Positions 30,177 to 37,723 of a DNA stretch of 52,602 nucleotides are shown here, in pieces (the first letter of the stretch is position 1; each line of letters begins with the position of its first letter). A program made the position numbers and the translations under genes. The notes under the pieces are model-generated. The model saw only the letters and a program-made list of their open reading frames with translations. It was not told where the DNA came from and searched no databases. This DNA is from a virus (Duplodnaviria > Caudoviricetes), in IMG/VR virus record IMGVR_UViG_3300032303_000869, positions 1-52,602 of that record. One strand, given 5' to 3'.

Positions 30177-30500
30177 TTATTCTTGTGTATTAAGTATGTC
30201 TGTAACAGATGACAAATTAATGCCAGATGCTGCTTCAACAATTTTATACACAGTTGGAAGATCAAGAAGATCTTCTAGTTTTTGAATGTCTCCAGCCAAC
30301 TCTGGCTTATATTGCTCCATAGCAATTTGCACACATTCAACAAGAAGAGTCATTGATTTCTCATTATCTTCTGCAACCTTAGCCACCCCTTCAAACTTCT
30401 TCATAAATGGACGAAGAAGAGAGATTTTTAACGGGCGAACTGTTATTTTTGTTCCATCAATGAGAGTGACTTGTTCATTCTCATGTACTGTTGTCGCCAT
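30177..30500 (-). CDS. Tail assembly chaperone, short (gpG-like) form
   Basis: 107 aa just upstream of the TMP; own TGCTATAAT and SD AGGAGG; homologous to the N-half of 30541-31236. Confidence 0.8.
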   Translation of the reverse strand: MATTVHENEQVTLIDGTKITVRPLKISLLRPFMKKFEGVAKVAEDNEKSMTLLVECVQIAMEQYKPELAGDIQKLEDLLDLPTVYKIVEAASGINLSSVTDILNTQE

Positions 30501-30523
30501 ATTTCCTCCTATAGGTTATGTCA

Positions 30524-30532
30524 ATTATAGCA
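30524..30532 (-). promoter_or_regulatory. Extended -10 promoter of the short tail chaperone
   Basis: TGCTATAAT in a 40-nt intergenic gap. Confidence 0.7.
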
Positions 30533-30540
30533 TAAGGAAA

Positions 30541-31236
30541 CTATTTTGTTAGGTCTTCGTAATCCAAACCCATTCCAATACCAAACCCTGCTTTCTGTGC
30601 ATTTACACCTTGCAGGGCTAGGACATCATTGCTATCACTTGTTTTACCTTTGCTGAATACTCTGGCTTTCATATCTTCCCACTCTTTTTGTCCCTTGCTA
30701 GATCCAGACTCTTTGTCTAAGTCTACTCCTTGAATGGCAGCCAAAAATTTTTTTTCTGTATAATCTAACTCTCTACTTATCTCTAATGTTGCCATTAATT
30801 CTGGCATAGATAGAGATGTTTCTAATTCTTGATAGTCTTTCCAAATACCCAATAAAAATACTTCAGATTCTAGTTTTGCAAGATCTAAAGTCTCCCAGGT
30901 TTGACTACTATCTATTGCCTGATCCTTTACTGGTTCTTGAGATTTTTTGTTAATTCTAATACCTGCAGAAATATCTAATATTTTATATATCGTTGGCATA
31001 TTAACGTTATCTTCAATATCTTTAACACTGACAGAAATTTTTGGATAATATTGTTTCATGCAAATTCTAACACATTCTACTAATACGCTAATTGCTTCAT
31101 CATCGTTTTTAGTATTTTTAATATTATTAAACTCTAACATAAATTCACGAAGATATTTTATTTTTAATGGAATTATCTCTAATTCTGTTCCATCAAACAA
31201 ATATATTATTTGAGAGTTGTATATTGTAGTTGCCAT
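30541..31236 (-). CDS. Tail assembly chaperone, long (gpGT-like in-frame fusion) form
   Basis: N-terminal ~105 aa align with 30177-30500; the C-half LAKLESEVFLLGIWKDYQELETSLSMPEL resembles a gpT-like region. Confidence 0.75.
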   Translation of the reverse strand: MATTIYNSQIIYLFDGTELEIIPLKIKYLREFMLEFNNIKNTKNDDEAISVLVECVRICMKQYYPKISVSVKDIEDNVNMPTIYKILDISAGIRINKKSQEPVKDQAIDSSQTWETLDLAKLESEVFLLGIWKDYQELETSLSMPELMATLEISRELDYTEKKFLAAIQGVDLDKESGSSKGQKEWEDMKARVFSKGKTSDSNDVLALQGVNAQKAGFGIGMGLDYEDLTK

Positions 31237-31245
31237 ATAAAATCT

Positions 31246-31254
31246 ATTTTACCA
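31246..31254 (-). promoter_or_regulatory. Extended -10 promoter of the long tail chaperone
   Basis: TGGTAAAAT just after the terminator, 9 nt before ATG, no SD. Confidence 0.6.
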
Positions 31255-31255
31255 T

Positions 31256-31290
31256 AAAACAACAAAGCCCACATCAGAAGACATGGGCTT
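31256..31290 (-). terminator. Intrinsic terminator after the major tail gene
   Basis: AAGCCCATGTC-TTCT-GATGTGGGCTT followed by TGTTGTTTT on the minus strand. Confidence 0.85.
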
Positions 31291-31307
31291 GTAGAATAGT
31301 TAAACTA

Positions 31308-31946
31308 TTAAGATAATGCATCTCCAAAGGTACGATCAACGATCTTACCATATGAGCCTGAAGTATCTTCTGGTAGCAAACGGAATGATACTTCAAACAT
31401 TGAAGCCTCATCACGCTTTGCTGAAACTGTTACGTTTTCAATTGACAAAGCACGGTATGCTGTGTAAACACGTTCCACGAATGGAGAGTCTACGCAATCA
31501 CCTGTGCCAGGTCCTACTGCAACAATTCCACGCTCTACTGGACACTCACCGATATCTCCTGCAGATAGGTTTAAAACCTTTCCTGTATGACTTGCTTTGT
31601 TTCCAGTTAATTTATCTGAGTTAAGTGCTAGAGCCAAAAGAAGATTCTCAAGAGTAGCCTCAGCAAAAGCAGTTGCAAGATTTACCTGCATGCCTTGCTT
31701 GTAAAGTTTTGCAACGTCAAGAATTTGATCAACCTGTACTTCACCGAAGTCTGGTTGGAATTGTAATTCAAGACCATTCATTGTATAACCTACGTTAGTA
31801 TATGCTGCATCATTTGAAAGTGTTTCTTTAAAAGATACTTCTGTACTAAATGTCTCCAGTGTTCCTGGAGTTAAGGTTGTATCTGCAACAAAAAGTGCAG
31901 CAGCGCCAACGATAATGTTGGTCGATGTTCCACGACTGTATGCCAT
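31308..31946 (-). CDS. Major tail (tube) protein
   Basis: 212 aa; NIIVGAAALF, VGYTMNGLEL, VDQILD, TAFAEATLENL; strong SD; followed by a terminator. Confidence 0.88.
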   Translation of the reverse strand: MAYSRGTSTNIIVGAAALFVADTTLTPGTLETFSTEVSFKETLSNDAAYTNVGYTMNGLELQFQPDFGEVQVDQILDVAKLYKQGMQVNLATAFAEATLENLLLALALNSDKLTGNKASHTGKVLNLSAGDIGECPVERGIVAVGPGTGDCVDSPFVERVYTAYRALSIENVTVSAKRDEASMFEVSFRLLPEDTSGSYGKIVDRTFGDALS

Positions 31947-32023
31947 TTATTCACCTCTTTCTATAGAAATAGATATTAAGTTGTTTGGCGTTTTGTTTCC
32001 TCATTACTAATTATAATGCCTTT

Positions 32024-32617
32024 TTATGAGTATCTTTGGGATACCCCGCCTGTATGATAGTCATACTCTATTACAAGTTTGTTAAGTCCAAGGGTTCTAG
32101 CAGATGCTAATTCTAGGATATCCCTACTTTCATCTGCTTGATAAACCTTTATGTTATGAAAAAATACATTTTTGGCAATAGTTTCTTCATTTTCATCAAG
32201 AATATCATTCTGAGATATCCATAAATTTAGGTCTTCAGCAGCAGCGTCCTCTCTATCTAGGCATTCAATAATAACCCTAGTAGTGTCAATCAGTTTAGAA
32301 AGGTTTGGACTATAAATAAAATATATTAATTGTTCTCTTTTATGTCTGTAAAATGTGTTTGGTCTAAATCTAATAAGCCTATCAAATATAATAACTGTTG
32401 TATCTGGGTTGTTTCTAATAAATGGAATGTCATTATAAATACCCTCTACGCTATCAGGAACTTGTGCTGGGAAGAAAGGCTGAAATGGCTCTGGTCCAGT
32501 TGGCATGAGTGGATTGCCATCAACTCCTTTAAACTTTCTTAATTCTTCAAGAATATAGGCATTTAAAAAAACAGGTGGAAATCCTGTATTATTATTTACA
32601 CTTATTAGTTCTGCCAT
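32024..32617 (-). CDS. Probable tail terminator / neck protein
   Basis: 197 aa immediately upstream of the major tail gene; call based on position. Confidence 0.55.
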   Translation of the reverse strand: MAELISVNNNTGFPPVFLNAYILEELRKFKGVDGNPLMPTGPEPFQPFFPAQVPDSVEGIYNDIPFIRNNPDTTVIIFDRLIRFRPNTFYRHKREQLIYFIYSPNLSKLIDTTRVIIECLDREDAAAEDLNLWISQNDILDENEETIAKNVFFHNIKVYQADESRDILELASARTLGLNKLVIEYDYHTGGVSQRYS

Positions 32618-32621
32618 AATA

Positions 32622-33299
32622 CTATTCTACACCAATCTTTGCATTAGTAATCCACTTAAAGCCAGTATCAATACCTTTAGATCTGCCCATTCTAGAACCA
32701 ACTTTAATATTTTTCTTGAAGATTGTTGGTTTTTTAATGTAGTCGTATATTCCACTAGCCCGTAAAAATGATTGTTTAAAATATCTTAACATAAATTCGT
32801 CCATAGTTTTTTCAAATGATCCTCTTGCCTGACTTCCTCCAGGATTGGAAATAACTACTGACTTTTTAGTAAATACGGTTTGTCCACCTTCATTAAATAC
32901 AAGGGCTGGGGATTTTGTAGGTTTAATTGTAACTGGAATTCCATCTTCCATAATCTTCGCTTTATTATAAAATGGTACATTTGAGTCTTTTTTAATAGTT
33001 CTTGATTGTTTAAATTTTGAATTAATACTTAGTCCAAGGTTACTAACAGTATAAGTAATATCAAATAATCTTGCACTAGGGCTACCAGATTGATACCACT
33101 CATAAACATGTTGAAGGGCTGCTGGGTTTCCTCTTGCTGAAACATCTACATATTTAGCCATTGCATCTATTGTTCCTAAACCTAGATTTTTTAAAAAAAT
33201 AGTTTTACCTTTTTGGGCACCATCTAAAAATCCATAGGCATATTCAACAATATTGTTCATTTGTTTATCAAAAGCCTTAGTGTTTGTTTTAATTATCAT
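32622..33299 (-). CDS. Neck / tail-completion protein (hypothetical)
   Basis: 225 aa, basic; HVYEW...ARLF; between stopper and terminator genes. Confidence 0.55.
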   Translation of the reverse strand: MIIKTNTKAFDKQMNNIVEYAYGFLDGAQKGKTIFLKNLGLGTIDAMAKYVDVSARGNPAALQHVYEWYQSGSPSARLFDITYTVSNLGLSINSKFKQSRTIKKDSNVPFYNKAKIMEDGIPVTIKPTKSPALVFNEGGQTVFTKKSVVISNPGGSQARGSFEKTMDEFMLRYFKQSFLRASGIYDYIKKPTIFKKNIKVGSRMGRSKGIDTGFKWITNAKIGVE

Positions 33300-33748
33300 T
33301 AGTCTGTTATTGTTTGATTTTCTGTTCTACGTAACAATATTTTAAAATATTCAACAGATCCAAATGGTCCAGTAAAAGGATCTACGGTTGCCACTTCATA
33401 AATTGTTCCACGTCCAGACCTTGGTCCTGCTGTTTCTCTATAAATAACTTCATCGTTGGCATTACGGATATTTGTAATTAAAATATTGCTAATTGCATTA
33501 TCTGTTTGATTTGAAGATACTCTAGGATCTGCCTTTACTCTTGCTATTAGTTTATTTTCATATTGTAAAAATGCTTCTGGTTTAATCTGTTCAGTACCCG
33601 CCCCTCCTACAGAGGTAGCATTGCATATAATTGTTCTATCATAAAACCAAGTTCTGCTTGCTTGTCCGTATTGCGTTTGATTTATTATTGGATAATATAA
33701 GTCAGCCTTCATTGGATAAAGAAAGTCTGTTGTTGTACAGTCTTCCAT
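33299..33748 (-). CDS. Head-to-tail stopper (head closure) protein
   Basis: 149 aa beta-rich; YGQASRTW, YEVATVDP...LRR; follows the adaptor. Confidence 0.65.
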   Translation of the reverse strand: MEDCTTTDFLYPMKADLYYPIINQTQYGQASRTWFYDRTIICNATSVGGAGTEQIKPEAFLQYENKLIARVKADPRVSSNQTDNAISNILITNIRNANDEVIYRETAGPRSGRGTIYEVATVDPFTGPFGSVEYFKILLRRTENQTITD

Positions 33749-34734
33749 TATAATACTCCTGGACGAACAATATTCTCTTTATATTTTTCTAAAATTTTAT
33801 CTACTAATATGTTTCCAGTACCATCAATAAGACGTTTATCGTATTCAATTTTAAATTGATCAGTACTATAGTTTTTGACATATCTTTTATAGTAATCTAA
33901 CTTTCCACATTTAATATCATCAATTAACATTAATGTTGCAACTTGGATATCATAAGGAACAACTTTATATCCAGTCTCTAGCAACATAATATAATCTGCT
34001 CCTTCTGGAAATGCAACTCCAGGAACAACGGTTTGAGTGTGTCCACTATCATTTGTATCAAACATACTAATAGAATCTGAATATCCTAATGGAATACGTG
34101 AATATCTTCGTTCTGCACGATTGATAAAATCAGTTGCCTCTAGTGGATCCTTAGTGATTGCTGTTTTATCTTTAGTAATTAAGAAAGTATAATCTAATAA
34201 TTCTGCTCCGTCTGCGTTGTCTATATCATAAACTAGTTGTGCATTTTCATATACTTTTAAAATTTTGTGAGTTTTTTTCCAAAGTGGCAGATAATCATTT
34301 CCTTGTCCAACAACTTCTAAGTATGTTCTATCATAATAAAATCCACCAACAGCAGCATCAATAATTGCTCTTGCTAATTTTTCATAACTTGTATAAAGTT
34401 CTATGTCAGTTGCTGTACCAGATGTAGCCAAAGATGTTGGATCTACGTATGGTCTCATAATTTCTAAATTATCTTGTACTACAATATCACCACGTACAAT
34501 ATTTGCTCCAGAAGATCCACCATCTTCATAGATTGTTAAGGCATACGATTTATCATATTTAACAAAGTTATCATCTAAAGAATAGGTTATTTTTTTACTA
34601 GCATTAGATTCAATGGTCTCTTCAATTTCTGTTAATTCTGAAACGTTTTCAATAACAATAATATAGTCAGCATTAGCATCTGGAACTACATAGGTTACAG
34701 AAAGTGGATAAGGTGGAAGACGTAGTATTTGCAT
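33748..34734 (-). CDS. Head-to-tail adaptor protein
   Basis: ARAIID...GYKVVPYDIQVATLMLIDD...TGNILVDKIL adaptor pattern. Confidence 0.75.
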   Translation of the reverse strand: MQILRLPPYPLSVTYVVPDANADYIIVIENVSELTEIEETIESNASKKITYSLDDNFVKYDKSYALTIYEDGGSSGANIVRGDIVVQDNLEIMRPYVDPTSLATSGTATDIELYTSYEKLARAIIDAAVGGFYYDRTYLEVVGQGNDYLPLWKKTHKILKVYENAQLVYDIDNADGAELLDYTFLITKDKTAITKDPLEATDFINRAERRYSRIPLGYSDSISMFDTNDSGHTQTVVPGVAFPEGADYIMLLETGYKVVPYDIQVATLMLIDDIKCGKLDYYKRYVKNYSTDQFKIEYDKRLIDGTGNILVDKILEKYKENIVRPGVL

Positions 34735-34736
34735 TT

Positions 34737-35090
34737 TTATTTACCGTAATATGATGCTACCTCTTCAGGTGGTGCAATTCTTACCAACCTGTGGGTTAAC
34801 CATTTTTCGGATGCCTCCTTTGAGACTATGTTGTATCCTACCTTAAGAGCACCTAGGTTATCCATGTGTAGGTTTCTTTCTGAGTATAACGCTATTTTAT
34901 TTTTCATTGTTTTTTCTTTTCCTGCTTCTTCTACAGTTTCTTCTTTTGCTACTGGTGGTATCCAACTAGCCAAAATTTCTAAAATTTCAAGTTTAGTATT
35001 TGCTTCAAATAACTCTATATTATTTTTTTTTGCATATGCCTTTAATGCCATTACAGTTTTAGTCGATAATTCTTCTATTGTTAAACTCAT
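34737..35090 (-). CDS. Small protein with Rho-N/HeH-like N-terminal domain
   Basis: LSTKTVMALKAYAKKNNI...TKLEILEIL pattern; follows the major capsid gene. Confidence 0.55.
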   Translation of the reverse strand: MSLTIEELSTKTVMALKAYAKKNNIELFEANTKLEILEILASWIPPVAKEETVEEAGKEKTMKNKIALYSERNLHMDNLGALKVGYNIVSKEASEKWLTHRLVRIAPPEEVASYYGK

Positions 35091-35112
35091 AATTCTCCTA
35101 TGCTTATTTGTA

Positions 35113-35121
35113 ATTATACCA
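35113..35121 (-). promoter_or_regulatory. Extended -10 promoter
   Basis: TGGTATAAT just after the capsid terminator. Confidence 0.7.
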
Positions 35122-35125
35122 GAAT

Positions 35126-35161
35126 AAGAATAAGGCGGGTAGTTTTTACGCTACCCGCCCT
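35126..35161 (-). terminator. Intrinsic terminator after the major capsid gene
   Basis: AGGGCGGGTAG-cgtaaaaa-CTACCCGCCTT followed by ATTCTT. Confidence 0.85.
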
Positions 35162-35181
35162 AATATATGATCTTTTAGATC

Positions 35182-36333
35182 TTAGGAATCAGCACTATCT
35201 GAGTCAACATAAGCGACTGCATCTAGTTCTTCCCATTGGATACCAAATCGTACAAATACTGTATATTCGATAGTATCTTTCTTTGGCTTGTATTCACGGT
35301 TTACAGTGATGTCTCTTTGGAAACCCCATACACGGTTCTGAGGGAATGTTAAATCAACATAACCTGCAGGGTAGTAAGGAACCTCAAGAACATCTACGCC
35401 AAGAACACGAGTTGTGCGTGAGTTGCCAGTAGTCTGTGCACCACCATCAAGGAATGCTTGACGATTTGCTTCAGTGCTTCCTGGACGGTTAGCAAATGCT
35501 TCTGCAACTGCATCAGCAAGTGTACCGTTGTTACGAACAATACCAGCAAAAGCATCAGTACCTGCGTAGAACTTAAGGTTTGACTTAAGTGCACGGTACT
35601 TACGAGGCATTGCTAATAGCAAGCCTTGCATTACTGATGTTGAGTAGTTGTTGTCTGCAACTGTTGCAGCATATTCGTGAGCAGCATTTCCTACTGTTCC
35701 ACGAGTTTGCTTAACGAAGCCAGGCATGATAGAAAGAAACGCATCTGCGCCTGTTCCTAGACCATTAATTGCAAGGTCTTCAATATCGTTAGCGAATGCA
35801 TTGGTCATTAAGCGAACTAAATGATCTTCAAGTGCTCCACCTTCAATATTGTCTTCTAATGCTTCAGTTGATACTTCCCAATCAAGACGAATCTTTTTGG
35901 TAGTTAATTCAACCTTTGAGAATGTTGCACCAATGTTTGTGTAATCTGGTGCGCCTTGTGCGGCAGCACGGATAACACGTTCTCCAACGTTAACCTTTTC
36001 GATTTCCATTGTATTGGCACGCATTGTAACTTTACGACCATCTTTAGCGAGAACTGTTGCATCCCACACATAGTCGATGAAGCGACGTGCTTGTTCTGGT
36101 TGTAGAATACCACCTGCGACGCCTGTTGGTGTTACTGCATTTGCTCCAGATGTTGATCCGAATGCTGCAGTTGCAGTGTTGCCAAGTTGTGATCCTACAG
36201 ACGCTGCTGCAGAGTCTAAACCAGTAGCACTACCTATGCCACCAGATACGAGTCCGCCTTGAGAGTTAATCTCATTGCCTGCTCCGCCTGATCCTGGGTA
36301 GTTCTTTTCTAGGTCTTTATTTTGTTCCGACAT
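35182..36333 (-). CDS. Major capsid protein (HK97 fold)
   Basis: GGILQPEQARRFID, STEALEDNIEG, ANDIEDLAING, WGFQRDITV; SD AGGAGGTG; followed by a terminator. Confidence 0.92.
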   Translation of the reverse strand: MSEQNKDLEKNYPGSGGAGNEINSQGGLVSGGIGSATGLDSAAASVGSQLGNTATAAFGSTSGANAVTPTGVAGGILQPEQARRFIDYVWDATVLAKDGRKVTMRANTMEIEKVNVGERVIRAAAQGAPDYTNIGATFSKVELTTKKIRLDWEVSTEALEDNIEGGALEDHLVRLMTNAFANDIEDLAINGLGTGADAFLSIMPGFVKQTRGTVGNAAHEYAATVADNNYSTSVMQGLLLAMPRKYRALKSNLKFYAGTDAFAGIVRNNGTLADAVAEAFANRPGSTEANRQAFLDGGAQTTGNSRTTRVLGVDVLEVPYYPAGYVDLTFPQNRVWGFQRDITVNREYKPKKDTIEYTVFVRFGIQWEELDAVAYVDSDSADS

Positions 36334-36362
36334 TATTTTTCACCTCCTAGTGATTTTATTGC

Positions 36363-36923
36363 TTAGTTAAATAGGTCGGTTGATGTGAGGAAACGACCGC
36401 CCCATAGGGATTTCTGAACTTTTGACGGTTCAAACTGCACGATCTCGCCTAGATCGCCAGACTTGCGGAAAGCGGTGTCTTGTTCTACAAGATCTACTCG
36501 CTTACCAAACTCATTAAAAACTCCCTTAACATTTTTTACTTCATCAGATACGGTCTTAACCTCACCTGATACTGTGTCAAGAGACTTACTCAATGCAACA
36601 ATTTGCTCGTGAAGAGACTTAACGGTTGTTGCTAAATCGCCAAAGGCATTTGTAAGAGAATTCTTGATTTCTGTAACTGCCTCAACAATTACTTCATCAG
36701 ACTTTGCTACAACAGTTTCAGTTGCAACAACTTCTCCCTCTTCTGTTTTTTCAATAGAAGAATCTGCACTACCATCGCTAGATTTAGCAAGAGCAATTTC
36801 TTCAACTGCTGGTGCCTCCTCAGCAACTGCAACAGTTTCTTCAACTGCTACTAGTTGTGCCTCTGGAGCGACCTGTACTTCTTCAACTGCAGTGTCAACC
36901 ACTGCTTCTGTTGTTTCAGTCAT
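36363..36923 (-). CDS. Nested in-frame scaffolding protein (186 aa)
   Basis: AAGGAGG, 8 nt, then ATG at 36923 (MTETTEAVV), just before the Glu/Ala/Val-rich and coiled-coil region. Confidence 0.7.
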   Translation of the reverse strand: MTETTEAVVDTAVEEVQVAPEAQLVAVEETVAVAEEAPAVEEIALAKSSDGSADSSIEKTEEGEVVATETVVAKSDEVIVEAVTEIKNSLTNAFGDLATTVKSLHEQIVALSKSLDTVSGEVKTVSDEVKNVKGVFNEFGKRVDLVEQDTAFRKSGDLGEIVQFEPSKVQKSLWGGRFLTSTDLFN

Positions 36924-37682
36924 AGGACTAACCTCCTTTGTAATCTTAATTGTACTAATGCCTTTAGCACTATCAACTAAGAACTTTATTGTTTCTGTAT
37001 TATTTTTGTCTCCCTTTTCAATAAAACCAATGTTTTGCATTGCTTTTCCTGATGTAGGGCTTGTTTCGTTTTCAGACTCTGATACCATAACAATTCCAGT
37101 TTCTGAATCCCAAAACACATTTTCAATTTCTGCCTTTGAAAGATATCCACCAACAACATTTTTACCATCTACTTTTTCAATAGATACAATGTTTGCAAAT
37201 TGATTTGCAGGATTATCAACTAGTGATAACTCAAATAAATCATATTCTTTAATTACACGAATGGTTTTGCTTAGTTCTTCGTTATATGCATCATCCCAAT
37301 TTTTAATGTTACCGCCAATAGAAAAACCTTTGTAGGTTCCATCTAATACTTTTTCCCATGCATCTTGTGCACCTTTTGAAACATATGCTGAAACATACAC
37401 TCCACTATAAAACTTTTTAACTGATGGATCAAAATAGCGATCCTCTTTAAATGATACAATTTTTCCAACTGCAGATGGTTGGTGCATCTCACGCAAGTTT
37501 CCTCTAAAATTTTTGAATGCTTCTACGCTTGACTCTGTTGTTACAATGTCGCCTTGTTTATCAATATTATCTAAAGTAGCAAAACCAGAAACCATACGAC
37601 GCTCTACGTCTACTTTACCAATAGGCATTGATAGGCGAACGCTGTCGCCAGTAGTTTCCCAATGAGCCTTATTTATTAACAT
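36363..37682 (-). CDS. Prohead protease fused to C-terminal scaffolding domain
   Basis: HK97-type protease motifs LREMH, GFSIGG, ELSLVDNPAN; acidic and coiled-coil C-half. Likely start MLINK at 37682. Confidence 0.88.
   Translation of the reverse strand: MLINKAHWETTGDSVRLSMPIGKVDVERRMVSGFATLDNIDKQGDIVTTESSVEAFKNFRGNLREMHQPSAVGKIVSFKEDRYFDPSVKKFYSGVYVSAYVSKGAQDAWEKVLDGTYKGFSIGGNIKNWDDAYNEELSKTIRVIKEYDLFELSLVDNPANQFANIVSIEKVDGKNVVGGYLSKAEIENVFWDSETGIVMVSESENETSPTSGKAMQNIGFIEKGDKNNTETIKFLVDSAKGISTIKITKEVSPMTETTEAVVDTAVEEVQVAPEAQLVAVEETVAVAEEAPAVEEIALAKSSDGSADSSIEKTEEGEVVATETVVAKSDEVIVEAVTEIKNSLTNAFGDLATTVKSLHEQIVALSKSLDTVSGEVKTVSDEVKNVKGVFNEFGKRVDLVEQDTAFRKSGDLGEIVQFEPSKVQKSLWGGRFLTSTDLFN
36949..36976 (-). 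promoter_or_regulatory. Intragenic sigma70-type promoter for scaffold + major capsid
   Basis: TTGATA-16 nt-TACAAT, upstream of the internal SD. Confidence 0.5.
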
Positions 37683-37692
37683 ATCGTTATCC

Positions 37693-37701
37693 ATTATACC
37701 A
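37693..37701 (-). promoter_or_regulatory. Extended -10 promoter of the prohead protease
   Basis: TGGTATAAT. Confidence 0.65.
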
Positions 37702-37723
37702 AATTATTTTACAATTATCTCAT

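Noticed and set aside
30152-30260. Programmed -1 frameshift at the end of the short tail chaperone
   Set aside because: No XXXYYYZ heptamer near the end and no room for a downstream T frame before the TMP start.
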